From Octopus sinensis (lineage: Eukaryota), in the NCBI RefSeq assembly GCF_006345805.1, contig NC_043009.1:19282001-19346000 (forward strand): a stretch of 64,000 nt of DNA, in the 5' to 3' direction. The notes beneath the pieces are model-generated. The model did not search any database. It worked only from the letters and a program-made list of their open reading frames with translations, and was not told where the DNA came from. This document shows positions 39,401-56,689 of the stretch, one piece after another. The first letter of the stretch is position 1, and every line of letters starts with the position of its first letter. A program made the translations under genes and the position numbers.

Positions 39401-40985
39401 AATCAAGTGAAACGGAATAGCTCTCCTCCCCTATCTGCTAAACCCACACAGTCCCACCATATATCTAAAACTCCATCCCAATCTCCCACAAGCACTAAAG
39501 AGCGGGATGTTCTCAAGAAAGTTTCCAGATGCCTGAAGAAATCTAGCCGTCCTGCCCTTGTCGGGGCATAGACAGCAACTAGTCTGAAAGCATGTCCTTC
39601 GCTGCCGGCTACCTCCAGCACCATTGATTTACCTTCCGGATCCAGGAAGATCATCCGATTTGAAAGATCCAGATTTTTCCGAACCACTCCTCATCGCGGT
39701 CAAACTCTCTACATGTGATGTCCACTCGCTCGGTGTCCGGAAGTGGATTATCTTCGGGCGCTGAGAAATGTTTCGGGGAACTCGGTGTCGGTATGTTTGG
39801 TAATGGTGCTGCTGCTGTTGTCTGGTAGCTGTTGTTGGTGTTGGGAGGAGAGGTACCCGGCTCTCTTTTTCCCTCAATTTAGGGCAGAAGGGTTTTAGAT
39901 GAGTGGTTGAAAGTTAAATGTGACACTTTGCCTTTCTTCCACCCACTCTGACTGGAATGACGCTGCCTCCAGGAAGATGGATCTGGCCTGGGATGAGATT
40001 CACATTCTTTTGGGTTGTTTGAATGAGGAGTTCTATGGTCTTCCCGGACCAGTTCTCCTTTTTTTGGTTTGATAGACTTCGAAGATTTCCGACTTGGAAA
40101 TGGTGCCTATGGTGACTGCAACAATTAGACCTGTTTTCTGGCGACACCTGTTGTATGATTATTTCGATTACTCTGGCTGCAGTAGAAGGCAAACATCAAC
40201 AGCTCCTTGCTTTTGAGGGTTTTGAGAGAGTGAGGTTTAGCTTCCTCTTCTATGTGGAATTTCACCTCCCCCATCTCGTAGCTCCTTCCTCTCTCCAGAC
40301 GGAACCTAAAGCTTTTTGTATTTGAACCTCTGTGGCTCTTTCCATCTTCCTTGGCTTTAATCCAATTGTACGGTACGTCACTGTGCGTCACAAAGTACTT
40401 TGGATAGTGTCTATGGGAGTGTTTAGCTTGACAGCTCACTCATCTCGCTCGACTTACTGTCTGGCATTTCTAACTTCCTCTTCAGAAAATTTTATTCCCT
40501 AAAGAGAGGACTTGGTAGCACTTACGAAAGAAAGTTTAGTGCTATTCCAAGCCACCGCACCGGCTTGTTGCTCAGCTCCGTCGTCGTTCTTATCGTTGTT
40601 GTTGCAGCTATTGTTGTTGTCACCTCTGCTATTGTTGTTGTTGTTGTTGCTGCTGCTGCTGGTGCTGCTGTTGTTCTTGTTTTTGTATAATTGCTATTGC
40701 TGCTGTTGTGTGGCTTCTATTTCGAACGATGTTGTCGAAAATGGAACCATTGTTTTTTCAAAGATCTTTTAAGCGATCTTTCTGTCATTTTTCTGCTTTT
40801 TAACGATAAAAACAAACCTGTCGCCATAGCTTGCCGCACTCGCACTCTCTCTTATTAACGTTTGCTGATGCTCCTCATTTTCACATCACCCCCCCCATCT
40901 CTCACACATGAGCGTCGCCGTACTCTGTTGTGTTCTCTCGTTGTTGGGGAAAACGCAAACAAACTTTTGATTAAAAAAATTAACT
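39400..40985 (-). pseudogene. Tx1/L1-type LINE 5' part: ORF1 remnant plus APE endonuclease
   Basis: 39687-39403 IFLDPEGKSMVLEV..FRLVAVYAP..DFFRHL..LVLVGDWDGVLD (APE); ORF1 remnants upstream. Confidence 0.75.
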
Positions 40986-41129
40986 CAGATCCATTGCCTT
41001 CCATGCACTGTGCATTCGTGTTCTGACAGGCACGCCATTCGCATCCACTAGGGTTCTCCGGTAGTAACACTCCATAACCATCATGTTTACTTGTTTACTC
41101 CACTTATCAGTAATAAAACACGGTCCACT

Positions 41130-41869
41130 GTTTTATTACTGATATTAGAATGGAATTTGGACTCAGGATACCAATATCTTGGTGTACTAGTGTCCAACGA
41201 GATAATGAAAAAGGAAATAAAAGAGCAACTGAGGGTGGAGTATTTCCAAAGACTGAGGTTGGTGCTGCGCTCAACATTGACTGGATGGAATAAAATCCAA
41301 GCAGTTAATACGTGGGTGATAGCATAACTTTGGTATGGAGCAGCAATTATAAAATAGCAAAAGAAGTGATAAAGATGGATACCAAGACCAGGAAAATGTT
41401 GACAGTACAAGGAGCCTTCCACCTTAAGAGTGACACCAATAGGCCGTACTTGTCCAGAAGAAAGGGTGGGAGAGGTTTGATCAGTTGCCAGGACTGTACC
41501 GAAGCGGAGGAAAACAGCTTAGGGCGGTATATAAAAATGCCGTGGAGTCATTGTTGAAACATACGAAGAAGGCTGGCGGCATCAAAACTGAAAATTGTGT
41601 AACAAAAGACAAATCTAAGCTAGAAATGGACAGAAAAAAAGGAAAAAGTATGGAAGGAAAAAAGTGTACGGCCAGTTTTCAGGAGATGTGAACACCAAGA
41701 GAGGACCGGTGGCTATGGATGAGGAGGGGTGTCCTGAAGATAGAGACAAAAACACTCATATGCGCAGCTCAGGAACAAGCGTTAAGGGGCAGAATGGACA
41801 ACACTACAGACAAATGCAGAATGTGTGGTGTGAGGCGTGAAACGGTATGGCACATCGTTAACGAGTGGG

Positions 41870-41870
<1 letters not shown>
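41130..41870 (+). pseudogene. R4/Dong-type LINE fragment (post-RT to zinc knuckle)
   Basis: DIRMEFGL, YLGVL, NKIQAVNTW, HLKSDTNRPYLSRRKGGRGL, LICAAQEQAL, CRMCGVRRETVWHIV. Confidence 0.85.
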
Positions 41871-43012
<1,142 letters not shown>

Positions 43013-43024
43013 ATGCACTAGTTA

Positions 43025-43470
43025 GTCTTAAATCTGACTTCTTCTCACTTACTACTTCTTTCCTCCCTTTCTTTAACCAAACTGCATCTTCATTATAATT
43101 GACTGGCTTATCCCAAATATTACTCCAGTCTCTCATCTTCTTCTCCACTACTTTTGCTTATTAAATTTCCTCTAATCTGTCTCAATTAATCTATTCTGTT
43201 GATACTGATGTATTCTTTTCTGATATCTGGAAAGCTTACCTGCTGCTGTTATGATACGCAGTTTCAATGGTCATATGACTGTCCCAAATCCTTCCTCCTT
43301 GACTAAGTGTCTCTTCTCAAGAGAAGATTTAAATCTTGTGTTTCGGAGTTGGTTCAGTTTCCAGGCTTCTTTTCTCCTCGAATCTTGTCTTAAATTCTTC
43401 AATTTATTTTGTAGTTTCCTTTTTCAAATTTGCTCTTTTCTAATCTTACCTTATGGAATATCTAATCTTC
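43025..43470 (-). pseudogene. R4/Dong-type pre-RT region fragment
   Basis: LKLRIITAAGKLSRYQKRIHQYQQNRL and WSNIWDKPVNYNEDAVWLK. Confidence 0.7.
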
Positions 43471-46400
43471 AAGTAACTCCTCCTCCTCCCCCTTCCCCCT
43501 CTCCCTTCTCCTTTCCCTCCTAAATAATCCTAAGCCCTTCCTCCAGGAAAAAAAAGGAAGAAAAGGACCTCCCAAGGACAACCCCCCTAAGATAAAGCAC
43601 TTAGGAAGAAAAGGCCCCCTAGGAGAAGAGGAGGAAGAGGAGGAAAAAGAAGGAATTCACAAGGAGGAAAAAAGGAAGAAAAGGAAGAACAAAAGAATTC
43701 ACAGAAGACCTTGGAGGAAAAGGAAGAAGCAAAAAGAAGAGGAGGACGAAAAGGAATTAAACAAGGAAGAAGAATTCCAGAAGGAGGAGGAGGGAACATT
43801 CAAGATCCCTTTCCCTTCCCCCCCCTTCTCTTAATCCTTCTTCTTAGTTTTTCGGGAGCTTCCTCCCTTCTTCAGGAAAACTTAAGACCTTCTTCTTCTT
43901 TTTCAGGAAAAAGGAACCTAAGAGGAGGAGGGAAAGGAAGAGGAAAGGAGGAGTTCTTCTTAGAGAAAAGTCTTCAGGAAAAGGATCTTCTTCTTTTATT
44001 ATTTCTTTTCTTTTTCCTTTCCTTCAAAGTCTTCTTCCTCTTCCTTCTTCTTAATCCTGAATCTTCTTCTTCTTCATATCATTCTGCTCTTCTTTCTTCT
44101 TCGAATCTGAGGATGATTATCTTTTATACATTTCTTCCTCACTTCCGATCTTTAAGACTGGTATAACCGACTTCTTCTCTTCTAAAGAATCTTTGAGCGG
44201 AGGAGAAGCCTTTTATTCCTCAATATTAGGAAGCCTACTCTTCTAGGATTCTTATCTTATGAAGAATCTCCTCAGTCTTATTGTCTTCAATTAATCCTCT
44301 CATTGATCTAATCTTATTACTTATTATTCTCTAGGACTAATATTCTTCTTCCTTCTTCTGCATTCTTCCTCATCAAGAATAATTCTGCTTCTCATTCCTC
44401 CTCTTCTTTAGGAATAATACTTATCGTCATTATTCTATAATCCCTCACCTTTTCCCTCTCTTCTTCATCACAATATCACTATTCTCCTTGCATTTGACTC
44501 CTCTTCTATTCTTAATATTATTCTTATTATTATTTTCCTCCTTCTGCCTCCACTTTTATTCCTCCTCTTCTTCTTCTTCTTCTACTCCTCCTTCTGCATC
44601 CTCTTTTCCTCTAACTTCCTATCTTCTTCTTCTTCTTCTTCTTCTTCTGCCTTTTTCCTATTTTTCTTCCTTTCTTTTTCTCTTCTTCTTCTTTCTTCTC
44701 TCTTCTCCTTCTGCATCCTCTTTTTTCTTAATCCTCTCTTTCCTCATTTCTGTCACTTCTTCTTCTTATCATTCGCATAACTCTTTTTACTCCTCCTATT
44801 CTTCCTTTTTCTTTCTTTTCTTATTCTTCTCGCTTTTCTTCTGCATCTCTTCTTCTTCTTCTTCTTCTCCTCATCCTAATCTTCTGCTCTTCTTCTTCGT
44901 CTTCTTATTCTCCTCATCCTCATCTTCGCCTCCCTCTTCTTAATCCTCCTCTTCTTCTTCTTCTCCTTCTGCCTTCTCTTTTTATTCCTAACTCTTCTTA
45001 GTTATTCTTCTTCTCCCTTCTGCCACCTCTTTTCTTATCCTCACACTTCCTCTTCTTCTTATTACCTTCTGCCTTCTAGTTTCTGCCTCCTCTTTCCCTT
45101 CTCTTCTTCTTATTCTGCTTTTGCCTCATCTTTTTCTTCTTACTCTCTTCTTCTTCTTCTTCTGCTGATGGATGCTTCTTTTCTGCCGCCTCTTCTTCTT
45201 ATTCTTCTGGCTTCTCTTTCTTCCTCACCTATTTGCTTATGACTTCCTATCCTCAAATTTGCTGTAGATCTCTTCTTAATCCTCTTACATTCCGCTTCCT
45301 CCTCCTATTCTTCTTTTATTCATTCCTCTCCCCTTCTCTCCTCCTCCTCCTCGTGCTTCTTCTTCTTACTTCTCCTTCCTCCTCTTCTTCATCCTCTTCC
45401 TCATCTTCTTCTTCATCCCCTTCTTCTTCTTCCTTTCTTCCTCTTCCTCTACCACTTTTTCTTCCTCTCATCCTCCACTTCTCTTCGTCCTTCTTTCTCC
45501 TCCTCCTCCTACTCCTCTTCCTCTACCACTTCTCTTCTTTCTCCTCCTCTCCACTTCCTCTCCTCTACCCTTTCTTCCTCTTCTTCCTCCACTTCCCCTT
45601 CCTCCTCCACTTCCCCTTCGTCCTCCTCTTCCTCCTCCTCCTCCTCCTCTTCCTCTTCCTCTACCACTTCCTCTTCTTCTTCCTCCTCCACTTCCCCTTC
45701 TTCCTCCACTTTCTCTACCTCCTCCTCCTCCCCTTCCTCTTCCACTTCCTCTACCTCCTCCTTAAATTTGTCTTTTGTTACACAATTTTCAGTTTTGATG
45801 CCGCCAGCCTTCTTCGTATGTTTCAACAATGACTCCACGGCGTTTTTATATACCGCCCTAAGCTGTTTTCCTCCGCTTCGGTACAGTCCTGGCAACTGAT
45901 CAAACCTCTCCCACCCTTTCTTCTGGACAAGTACAGTCTATTGGTGTCACTCTTAAGGTGGAAGGCTCCTTGTACTGTCAACATTTTCCTGGTCTTGGTA
46001 TCCATCTTTATCACTTCTTTTGCTATTTTATAATTGCCGCTCCATACCAAAGTTATGCTATCACCCACGTATTAACTGCTTGGATTTTATTCCATCCAGT
46101 CAATGTTGAGCGCAGCACCAACTCAGTCTTTGGAAATAACCACCCTCAGTTGCTCTTTTATTTCCTTTTTCATTATCTCGTTGGACACTAGTACACCAAA
46201 ATATTGTATCCTGAGTCCAAATTCCATTCTAATATCAGTAATAAAACAGTGGACCGTGTTTTATTACTGATAAGTGGAGTAAACAAGTAACATGATGGTT
46301 ATGGAGTGTTACTACCGGAGAACCCTAGTGGATGCGAATGGCGTGTCTGTCAGAACACGAATGCACAGTGCATGGAGGGCAATGGATCTGAGTTAATTTT

Positions 46401-46549
46401 TTTAATCAAAAGTTTGTTTGCGTTTTCCCCAACAACGAGAGAACACAACAGAGTACGGCGACGCTCATGTGTGAGAGAGGGGGGTGAAAATGAGGAGCAT
46501 CAGCAAACGTTAATAAGAGAGAGTGCGAGTGCGGCAAGCTATGGCTAAG

Positions 46550-48084
46550 GGCCCAACATCAGATTTAGTTTAAGGGTACTGGTTAAAGAAATTTAGTTGC
46601 TTACATGGGAGCTGAGGGAACAACTTCATGATTGCCTTAATGGAGGAATAATACCAGATCGGATAACTAGAGGGAGAACAGTATTTCTTATGAAAGACAA
46701 AAGCAAGGGTAATACAACTAGCAATTATAGACCAATCTTTTGCTTACCATTAGTGAGGAAGCTGTTAATAGGAATGCTTTCAGAAAGTATTTACGAGACC
46801 TTGAAAGCCAGAATTTATTGCCAAAAGAACAGAACGGCTGAAGGAGGAGGGCTAGAGGAACGCATAATATATTATACATAGACAAAGCAGTTCTAAATGA
46901 AGTAAAATCTAGAAAGAAAAATCTAACAATAGCATGGATAGATTATAAGAAGGCCTATGATGTGATCGCCCACTTATGGATAAGTGAATGTTTGAGTATA
47001 TACAGTATTGCAGACAACAAAAGAGAAGGAATTAGCTTTAACTTGAATAAATGGAAAGTAGAGCTCTACTCAGGCGACACAGTATTAGGGAAAGTTAATG
47101 TCAAGAGAAGAATTTTCCAAGGAGACTCGTTATTTGTCTTATGTTTGATCCCCCTCAGTTTAGTATTAAGGCAGGGTACCAGTTCAGAGATAGTAAGGGG
47201 AAAATTAACGATTTGCTCTACATGGATGATCTGAAGTTTTTTAGTAAGATTGAAAAAGCGATAGATTCCATAATACAGACTGTAAGACTTTTCAGCAAAG
47301 ATATAGGCATGGAATTTGGCAGAAATAAATGTGCAATATTAGTCATGAAAAGTGGACAGGTAATCGATAGTGAAGGCATCCAATTATCAGATGGCCAGAC
47401 ATTAAAATCATTGAAAGAAGGGGAGAGTTATTAGTATCTAGGAGTATTAGTATCTGACAGAGTACTAACTATTGAAATGAAAATGAAAATTGAGGAGTAC
47501 ATCAGAAGGGTGAGGAAGCTAATGAAGTCAAAGCTAACTGGTCCGAATCTAATGAAGGCTGTTACTCAGCAGCTTTTGTAGAAGCGAGTAATACACTAGA
47601 AGTTATGTAGAAAGCTAGGATTTAACCATTCTGATAAATGGTATGAACATGAGTCTAGTAAAGTACTAGAAAGTAAGAAATATAAGATATTGTGGGTTTT
47701 TAACACTCAGACTGACAGAGTAACAGATGCTAGAAAGCCTGATGGTGCCAGATAATTGACTGTACAGTATTTCAAATGATGAAAAAATCGATATGAGGGG
47801 TATAGAGAAGATAGCAAAATACTAGGACCTAACCACTGAATTACAATGACTATGGACAGTGCGGGTAAAATGTATCCCAGCAGTTATAGGTACAGTAGGA
47901 ACTATCCCTAAAGAATTGAACAGATAGGTGGAGGAAATAGGCATAAAACCCAGTCTAGTACAGCTCCAGAAAACAGTGTTGTTAGGCACAGCTAAGACAC
48001 TTAGGAGGGTTCTTGGCATGTAAGGTTACTTGTTGTAGCCTGATGTTAAGAAGTTTTCTTTCTCAACAGTCTAATCTGTTGTGC

Positions 48085-48086
<2 letters not shown>
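46550..48086 (+). pseudogene. R4/Dong-type LINE RT plus RLE, internally deleted, ending in (TAA)n
   Basis: NYRPIFCLP, AWIDYKKAYD, RIFQGDS, LLYMDDLK, DIGMEFGRNKC, KWYEHES, IPAVIGTVG, LQKTVLLGTAK. Confidence 0.9.
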
Positions 48087-48173
<87 letters not shown>

Positions 48174-48210
48174 TGATGATGATGATGATGATGATGTGAT
48201 GATGATGATG

Positions 48211-48259
<49 letters not shown>

Positions 48260-48323
48260 TGATGATGATGATGATGATGATGATGTGATGATGATGATGA
48301 TGATGATGATGATAATAATAATA

Positions 48324-48362
<39 letters not shown>

Positions 48363-48395
48363 TAATAATGATATTAATAATAATAATAATAATAA

Positions 48396-48452
<57 letters not shown>
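48087..48452. repeat. (AAT)n/(GAT)n compound trinucleotide array
   Basis: Direct inspection. Confidence 0.95.
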
Positions 48453-48469
48453 CAACCCATTATGCCCGT

Positions 48470-49260
48470 TTGATTGCTTGTTAATCGACCCATCGTGTCT
48501 GTTTGATTCCAGGATCGTTGAGAAAGAGAAAGAAAAACAAAAGGGTACAGTTCCTTAAGATTTGAAATTGGAATAATTTGTAGCATGAGAACAGTAAAGT
48601 TGGTGCCTATTATAATTGATGCGCTGGGAACAGTAAGCCAAGATATAGACAAACGGCTGAGGGTGATTGAAACAGAATGTCCCGTAGAGCTCCTGCAGAA
48701 CGTTTGTCTTTTAGGGACAGCAAAGATTATCAGGAGGGTCCTAAGCACTTGAAAGACTGCCGAAAACTTGTGGATACCTATAAATCCGACCAGGAATAAG
48801 ACCGAACCTGAGCCAAACGAAAATAACAACAACAACAACAACAATAATAATAATAATAATGTGTATGAATGACCTGAAATTATTTGGCAACTCTAGACTG
48901 CTAGAGTTGCGACTGACGACATTGATATGAAGTTTGGAAGAGGTAAATGTCAGGAGTTAAACTCCCAGATGAAGCATTAATCAAAGCAATGAATGAAGGT
49001 GCCAATACTCAGGTTTATTGAAGTCAGATAAAATTCTCTGCCAGGAAATGAAGAAAGTAAGGAATGAATATTTCTGGGAGTTAAAAAGGTATTAACCCGA
49101 AAAATTAATGGATGGAAAATCGTTTCAGCAGTTTACACATGGAGGGTGTTTCTAATACGGTATTCTGCTGCTTTCCTGAACTGGACTACGAAAGAACTAA
49201 GAAACACATACCGTAAAACCAGAAAGATAATGGTCATGATTAGGTCATTACGAGGTGGTA
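48470..49260 (+). pseudogene. Two further R4/Dong-type fragments (RLE end; post-RT segment)
   Basis: CLLIDPSCLFDSRI..VPIIIDALGTV..LQNVCLLGTAKIIRRVL; then DIDMKFGRGKC and RYSAAFLNWT. Confidence 0.7.
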
Positions 49261-49499
49261 TGGAAAAGTTGCCAGACTAGTTCTCTAGCGCACCAACTGA
49301 TGGCAGTAGACGGTTGCGTGCGCAGCGAGAGCTAGCAGTGACCTTCATGAAGCAGGGTGCCGAATGACATCGCTGTCATTTGTGTTTTTGTGATCACGTG
49401 CATGGTGTGGTCTGCGATTTCTAAACATAAACATGTATATAGGTGAAACAAAGAGCCCACGTGAAATTTTGCGATGAACTTGGTAAGTCTGCGACATAG

Positions 49500-49630
49500 A
49501 CATTGAGCAGGTCGCGGTCTCAAAGCGACGAAAATATTTTGGTAAATGAAATTTAAATGTTGAAGTGAATCTAACGGTTTTTGTGTATTTCTTAAATGGC
49601 TTATAAACACCTACCACGCTGCAATTGTTT
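49500..49630. repeat. Interspersed repeat shared with 54400-54530
   Basis: caggtcgcggtctcaaagc...gtgaatctaacggtt...ggcttataaacac...ccacgctgcaattgttt in both places. Confidence 0.8.
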
Positions 49631-49864
49631 ATATATATATGATGATGATGATGAAACCGCGTGGCTTATTAGTTAGGGTATTCTGTTCATAGTTGTAAGG
49701 TCAATTCCTGGCGGTACGTTAGATTAGCTAGAACGTTCGCTGTCGTGACCGACGAAGTGCCAGATTTTTAGTATGTGTATGATTGTATATATACATATAT
49801 ATATATATATGTATATATACAATCATACACAATCATATATATATAGTATATATACAATCATACA

Positions 49865-49954
<90 letters not shown>

Positions 49955-49959
49955 GAAAA

Positions 49960-52598
<2,639 letters not shown>

Positions 52599-54616
52599 AT
52601 AAATAATTATATTATTTTTAAATAAATATTATAGTAATATAAATTATTTTCAACATAATATTTGATTTGATTACTTATTATTTAGACTTTAAATCTATAG
52701 TAAATAGTCTTTTAAATTAAATGATATTTTAATTTTATGTACTTATATATTACATTTAACTTATCTTTTGTATTATTAAACCTTATTTTGTCTTTTGTGG
52801 CTTATTTATTTTATTCTAGATATTATTTAATAGTATTAGAGTATTTTGTACTGTTTTATTATAAGTTATATTAATATTTTCTACATAATGACGAATAGTA
52901 TTTGTTGACGGTGAGTTTGAGATGAGTTTTGGGCTTCATGTGTTGGAGACTATGGGAAGGGTTGAATGGTTGGGGTATAAGTCGGCTGTGGATTAATTTG
53001 GCGTTAGTTGGCAGTTTGATGTAAATTGGATTTTGGTAGTGATGATAATAATTATGTTGATAATTATAATATTAATGATAATAATATTTATAATCGCGTA
53101 CGGATTGTTGTAGGGTCCGGGTAGTGTTGATGAACAGGTAATACTTAATGTACTATTTTTACTATTTTTATTAATTTTATTTGATTCATGAAGTTTAGAT
53201 AATTCCCGTATTTCATTAATAAATTCCTTTTAGCCTTTTTCATTTATAGTTTTTATTGTATTTTTCCACGCAAAGTCTCCACGAGTTTTTTTCTTATAGA
53301 CGCTAAGAACTATTCTTTACGTTTATAATCGTTCTTTTCTCCGTTTCCTTTGAATTTTGTGTTATTTTGGGATTAATGTTTAGCTGTGGTTAATTTTGTT
53401 ATTGATATATTAATACGTGTCTGTTAGTTTTATTTGGGTGTCTTCATATTAGTTTCTAAATAAGTTGTGTTTTTTCTCACATTTCTTTAGTTCATGAGGC
53501 TTTAATATTTTTCGTTTTTTCGTATTTTTCATTGATAAAAAAATTTTTGCCATTTTCATTGAGTATTTATTCTATTTCTTTGCACTAAGTCTCCACGCGA
53601 TAAATTTTATAAACGCTTTAACTATTTTACTTTAAAAATTAGTTACTCTTTCACTTCGCAAAGCTAAGTTTGACATTTTATCGTTACTCTATTTCATTGT
53701 GTGTTTGAAATATTATTATTATTGTTGTTGTAATATTATTATTTATTTATAGTTTCTTGATAGTACTTTTTACGTTCGATATTGGATATGTTATCCATTA
53801 ATTATTATAAAAGATTTTAACGTTTTACATATTATTTAATTGAGAATTAATATTGTTAGACTATATTTCTTTTAATAATTAGATAATATTTTCATTAAAT
53901 AGTATTATTTTTAAATAAACTAGTTTTTATTTTAATATAAAGTTTATGTTTAACTTTTTTATCGTGTGATATATTAAATCTATGGATATTATACATGGAT
54001 ATTAATATAACTAGTTTATATAATGGATTTGAGTATATTTATACTATTTCAAATTTTTTATTGTATTATTCATGAAGAGGAATTATATTGAGTATATTAA
54101 TTAGACGCTAAAACATATTAATACATTTAAAATCCAGATAGATTACTTAATCGTTGAACTTAGTAATTTAATCTGTTTATCAATATTAGTTAGATCTTGT
54201 TATTATGTTGAGTTTGATCGTTGTTATTATTGTTATTGTTATTGACTGGTTTTGTATAGGACTGGTGATTGTGATTGTACATCTTCATAGTATATTGTTT
54301 CTTTGGTTCTAATATTTTTGCACCTTTCTTTAATTTGGGGGTTGATAGGTTTTCTTACTTTCCATTAATATATTGATGCATCACGAAGCTTTGTCAGTGA
54401 ACAGGTCGCGGTCTCAAAGCCACGAAAATATTTTGACAAATTAAATTTAAATGTTGAAGTGAATCTAACGGTTTTGTGTGTTTCTTAAATGGCTTATAAA
54501 CACTTTCCACGCTGCAATTGTTTTCGTTCCCGCCTACGATCTCAGATCAAGTCACTCGCTATGCAAGTACATATCTATTAACATATTCTCGCTATTATAT
54601 ATTATTATATATATTG

Positions 54617-54760
54617 ATGGTGGTGGTGGTGGTGGTGGTGGCGGCGGCGGTGGTGGCGGCGGCGGTGGTGGCGGCGGCGGTGGTGGCGGCGGCGGTGGTG
54701 GCGGCGGCGGTGGTGGCGGCGGCGGCGGCGGTGGCTGTGGTGGTGGTGGTGGTGGTGGTG
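54617..54760. repeat. (GGT/GGC)n G-rich trinucleotide array
   Basis: Higher-order unit GGTGGTGGCGGCGGC. Confidence 0.9.
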
Positions 54761-55089
54761 ATTTACAGGGTAATTCAGTTAACTGAAAGTATCTTTTCAG
54801 TCATCCATTCGGGTGTTTTATTTAAATAGTTTACAGGTTTACCCATGATCCATCCCTACCTCATTCGTTGCTGTTGTGGAAGGATTCCGACCACTCCCAT
54901 ATGATAAAAAGTAGAATATCACATTTGTTATAAATAGAAAACTGTCGCGTTATCAGGAGTTGATTGGTAAGCAGTTCACAGTGAGCCTTGTGTTCACAAT
55001 AAGCCTTGTTTATTCGTTTCGTTAAATTATTTATCCAACTTACAGGGATATACAATTTACTTAAAAAGGAAATATACATGCACCATGCC

Positions 55090-56299
55090 TCACGTTTTTA
55101 ACAGTATCCGCGAAAGGAAGCAAATGCCGATTGATCTAAGAATTACTGGAAATGCGAAATTAAGTTCTGTAAAGTTTGAGTCCACCCGATGAAGATCATA
55201 GCATAATTGAGCACATAGTTTGTGTGCTTCAAAACCCAAAGTTCACAAAACTTTAGCGGACTTGAAGGCACAAGCAGCTGCTTCCCAGGAATCTTCTTGT
55301 TCATTAATTGTTACTGCTAGTGAAAAGCTTGGTGAAAATGAAATTGCTTACGTGGCCGCCTTTTCGTGTTAAGTCTCAATATAAGGAACTGGGGTCATGC
55401 AAAAGTAAGTGCCCTTCCAATTCCTCTGAGTTGTTTTGGTTATGAAATACCCGATGAATACAAGTTCTTTGATAGTGGCGAAATTTTCTTGTCGTTTGAT
55501 AGTGGTGAAACTGATATAGGCAGATTGTGTTTGCAACTGATAAAGGGCTTGATGACTTAGTCAATGGAAAACACTGGGTAGGTGATGGAACTTTTAAGTG
55601 CTCTCCAACTGTATTTTCTCAGTTGTACACGCTTCATATTCAAGTGGATTCATTCAGTATTCTGCGATTGTTTGCATTACTTCCAAACAAAAATCAAGAA
55701 ACTTAACCCGCCTTTTTAAGAAACTAAATGAATTGCGTGAAAAAGCTCTCATTAATAGTATTTTATCTGTTTTCTAGTGCTTCCATCTCATATTGCTTTT
55801 TTCATCTATCTCAAAATGTATACAGAAAAATATGTGAATTTGACTTTAAGGAAAGATACCATCTTGATAATGAGTTCAGCATTAAAATCAGATGTTTTTC
55901 AGCGCTGGCTTTTCTTCCTCTCGATGATGTGATTGACGGATTCGAAGATCCTGTGGCTGACAACGATCTTACGCAAGAACGTGTGTCCCACTTTGAATTA
56001 CGCGCATAGGATGCATGCGAGGTAGTGGAACTGGACAACAGAAAACTTCTCCTTTGTTTCCTATTGATAGCTGGAATGTCCGCTTTAGAACAGAATCGGA
56101 TATGCCTCGCACTAATGACCGTTTGGAAGGATATCACAACGCACTTTAACGTTGCACACATTCGAATATATGGAAATTAATTACTGTATTGAAAATGTTT
56201 AATTTTTTTCGAATATCTGGAGTGAAATTGACTGGCAGTCAAATTACCGGAGTAAAAATACCAAAAATCAAATTACCAAGTGTCAAATTACTGGTCATC

Positions 56300-56300
<1 letters not shown>
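55090..56300 (+). pseudogene. Mutator/MULE transposase remnant with right subterminal repeats
   Basis: HWVGDGTFKCSPTVFSQLYTLH, LFALLPNKNQET, FSALAFLP, RTNDRLEGYHNAL; repeated aaattac motifs at 56220-56295. Confidence 0.85.
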
Positions 56301-56388
<88 letters not shown>

Positions 56389-56402
56389 ATATATATATAG
56401 AT

Positions 56403-56498
<96 letters not shown>

Positions 56499-56689
56499 AT
56501 GGTACAAGGCACCAATATTTACTGGAAAATAGCAATCGTAATGAATACGACGCTATTGTATAGCTTCACTGCGTATTTACTAGCAAAGCCGCGTGTGTGC
56601 AACAAACATGAAAATATTTTATATATATATATATATATATAATATGTGACAGTTGGTTGTCATAACAAAACTCAGAGTTTTATTATGAC

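Noticed and set aside
54478-54829. Poly-Gly and Ala/Val ORFs
   Set aside because: Product of the GGT/GGC microsatellite.
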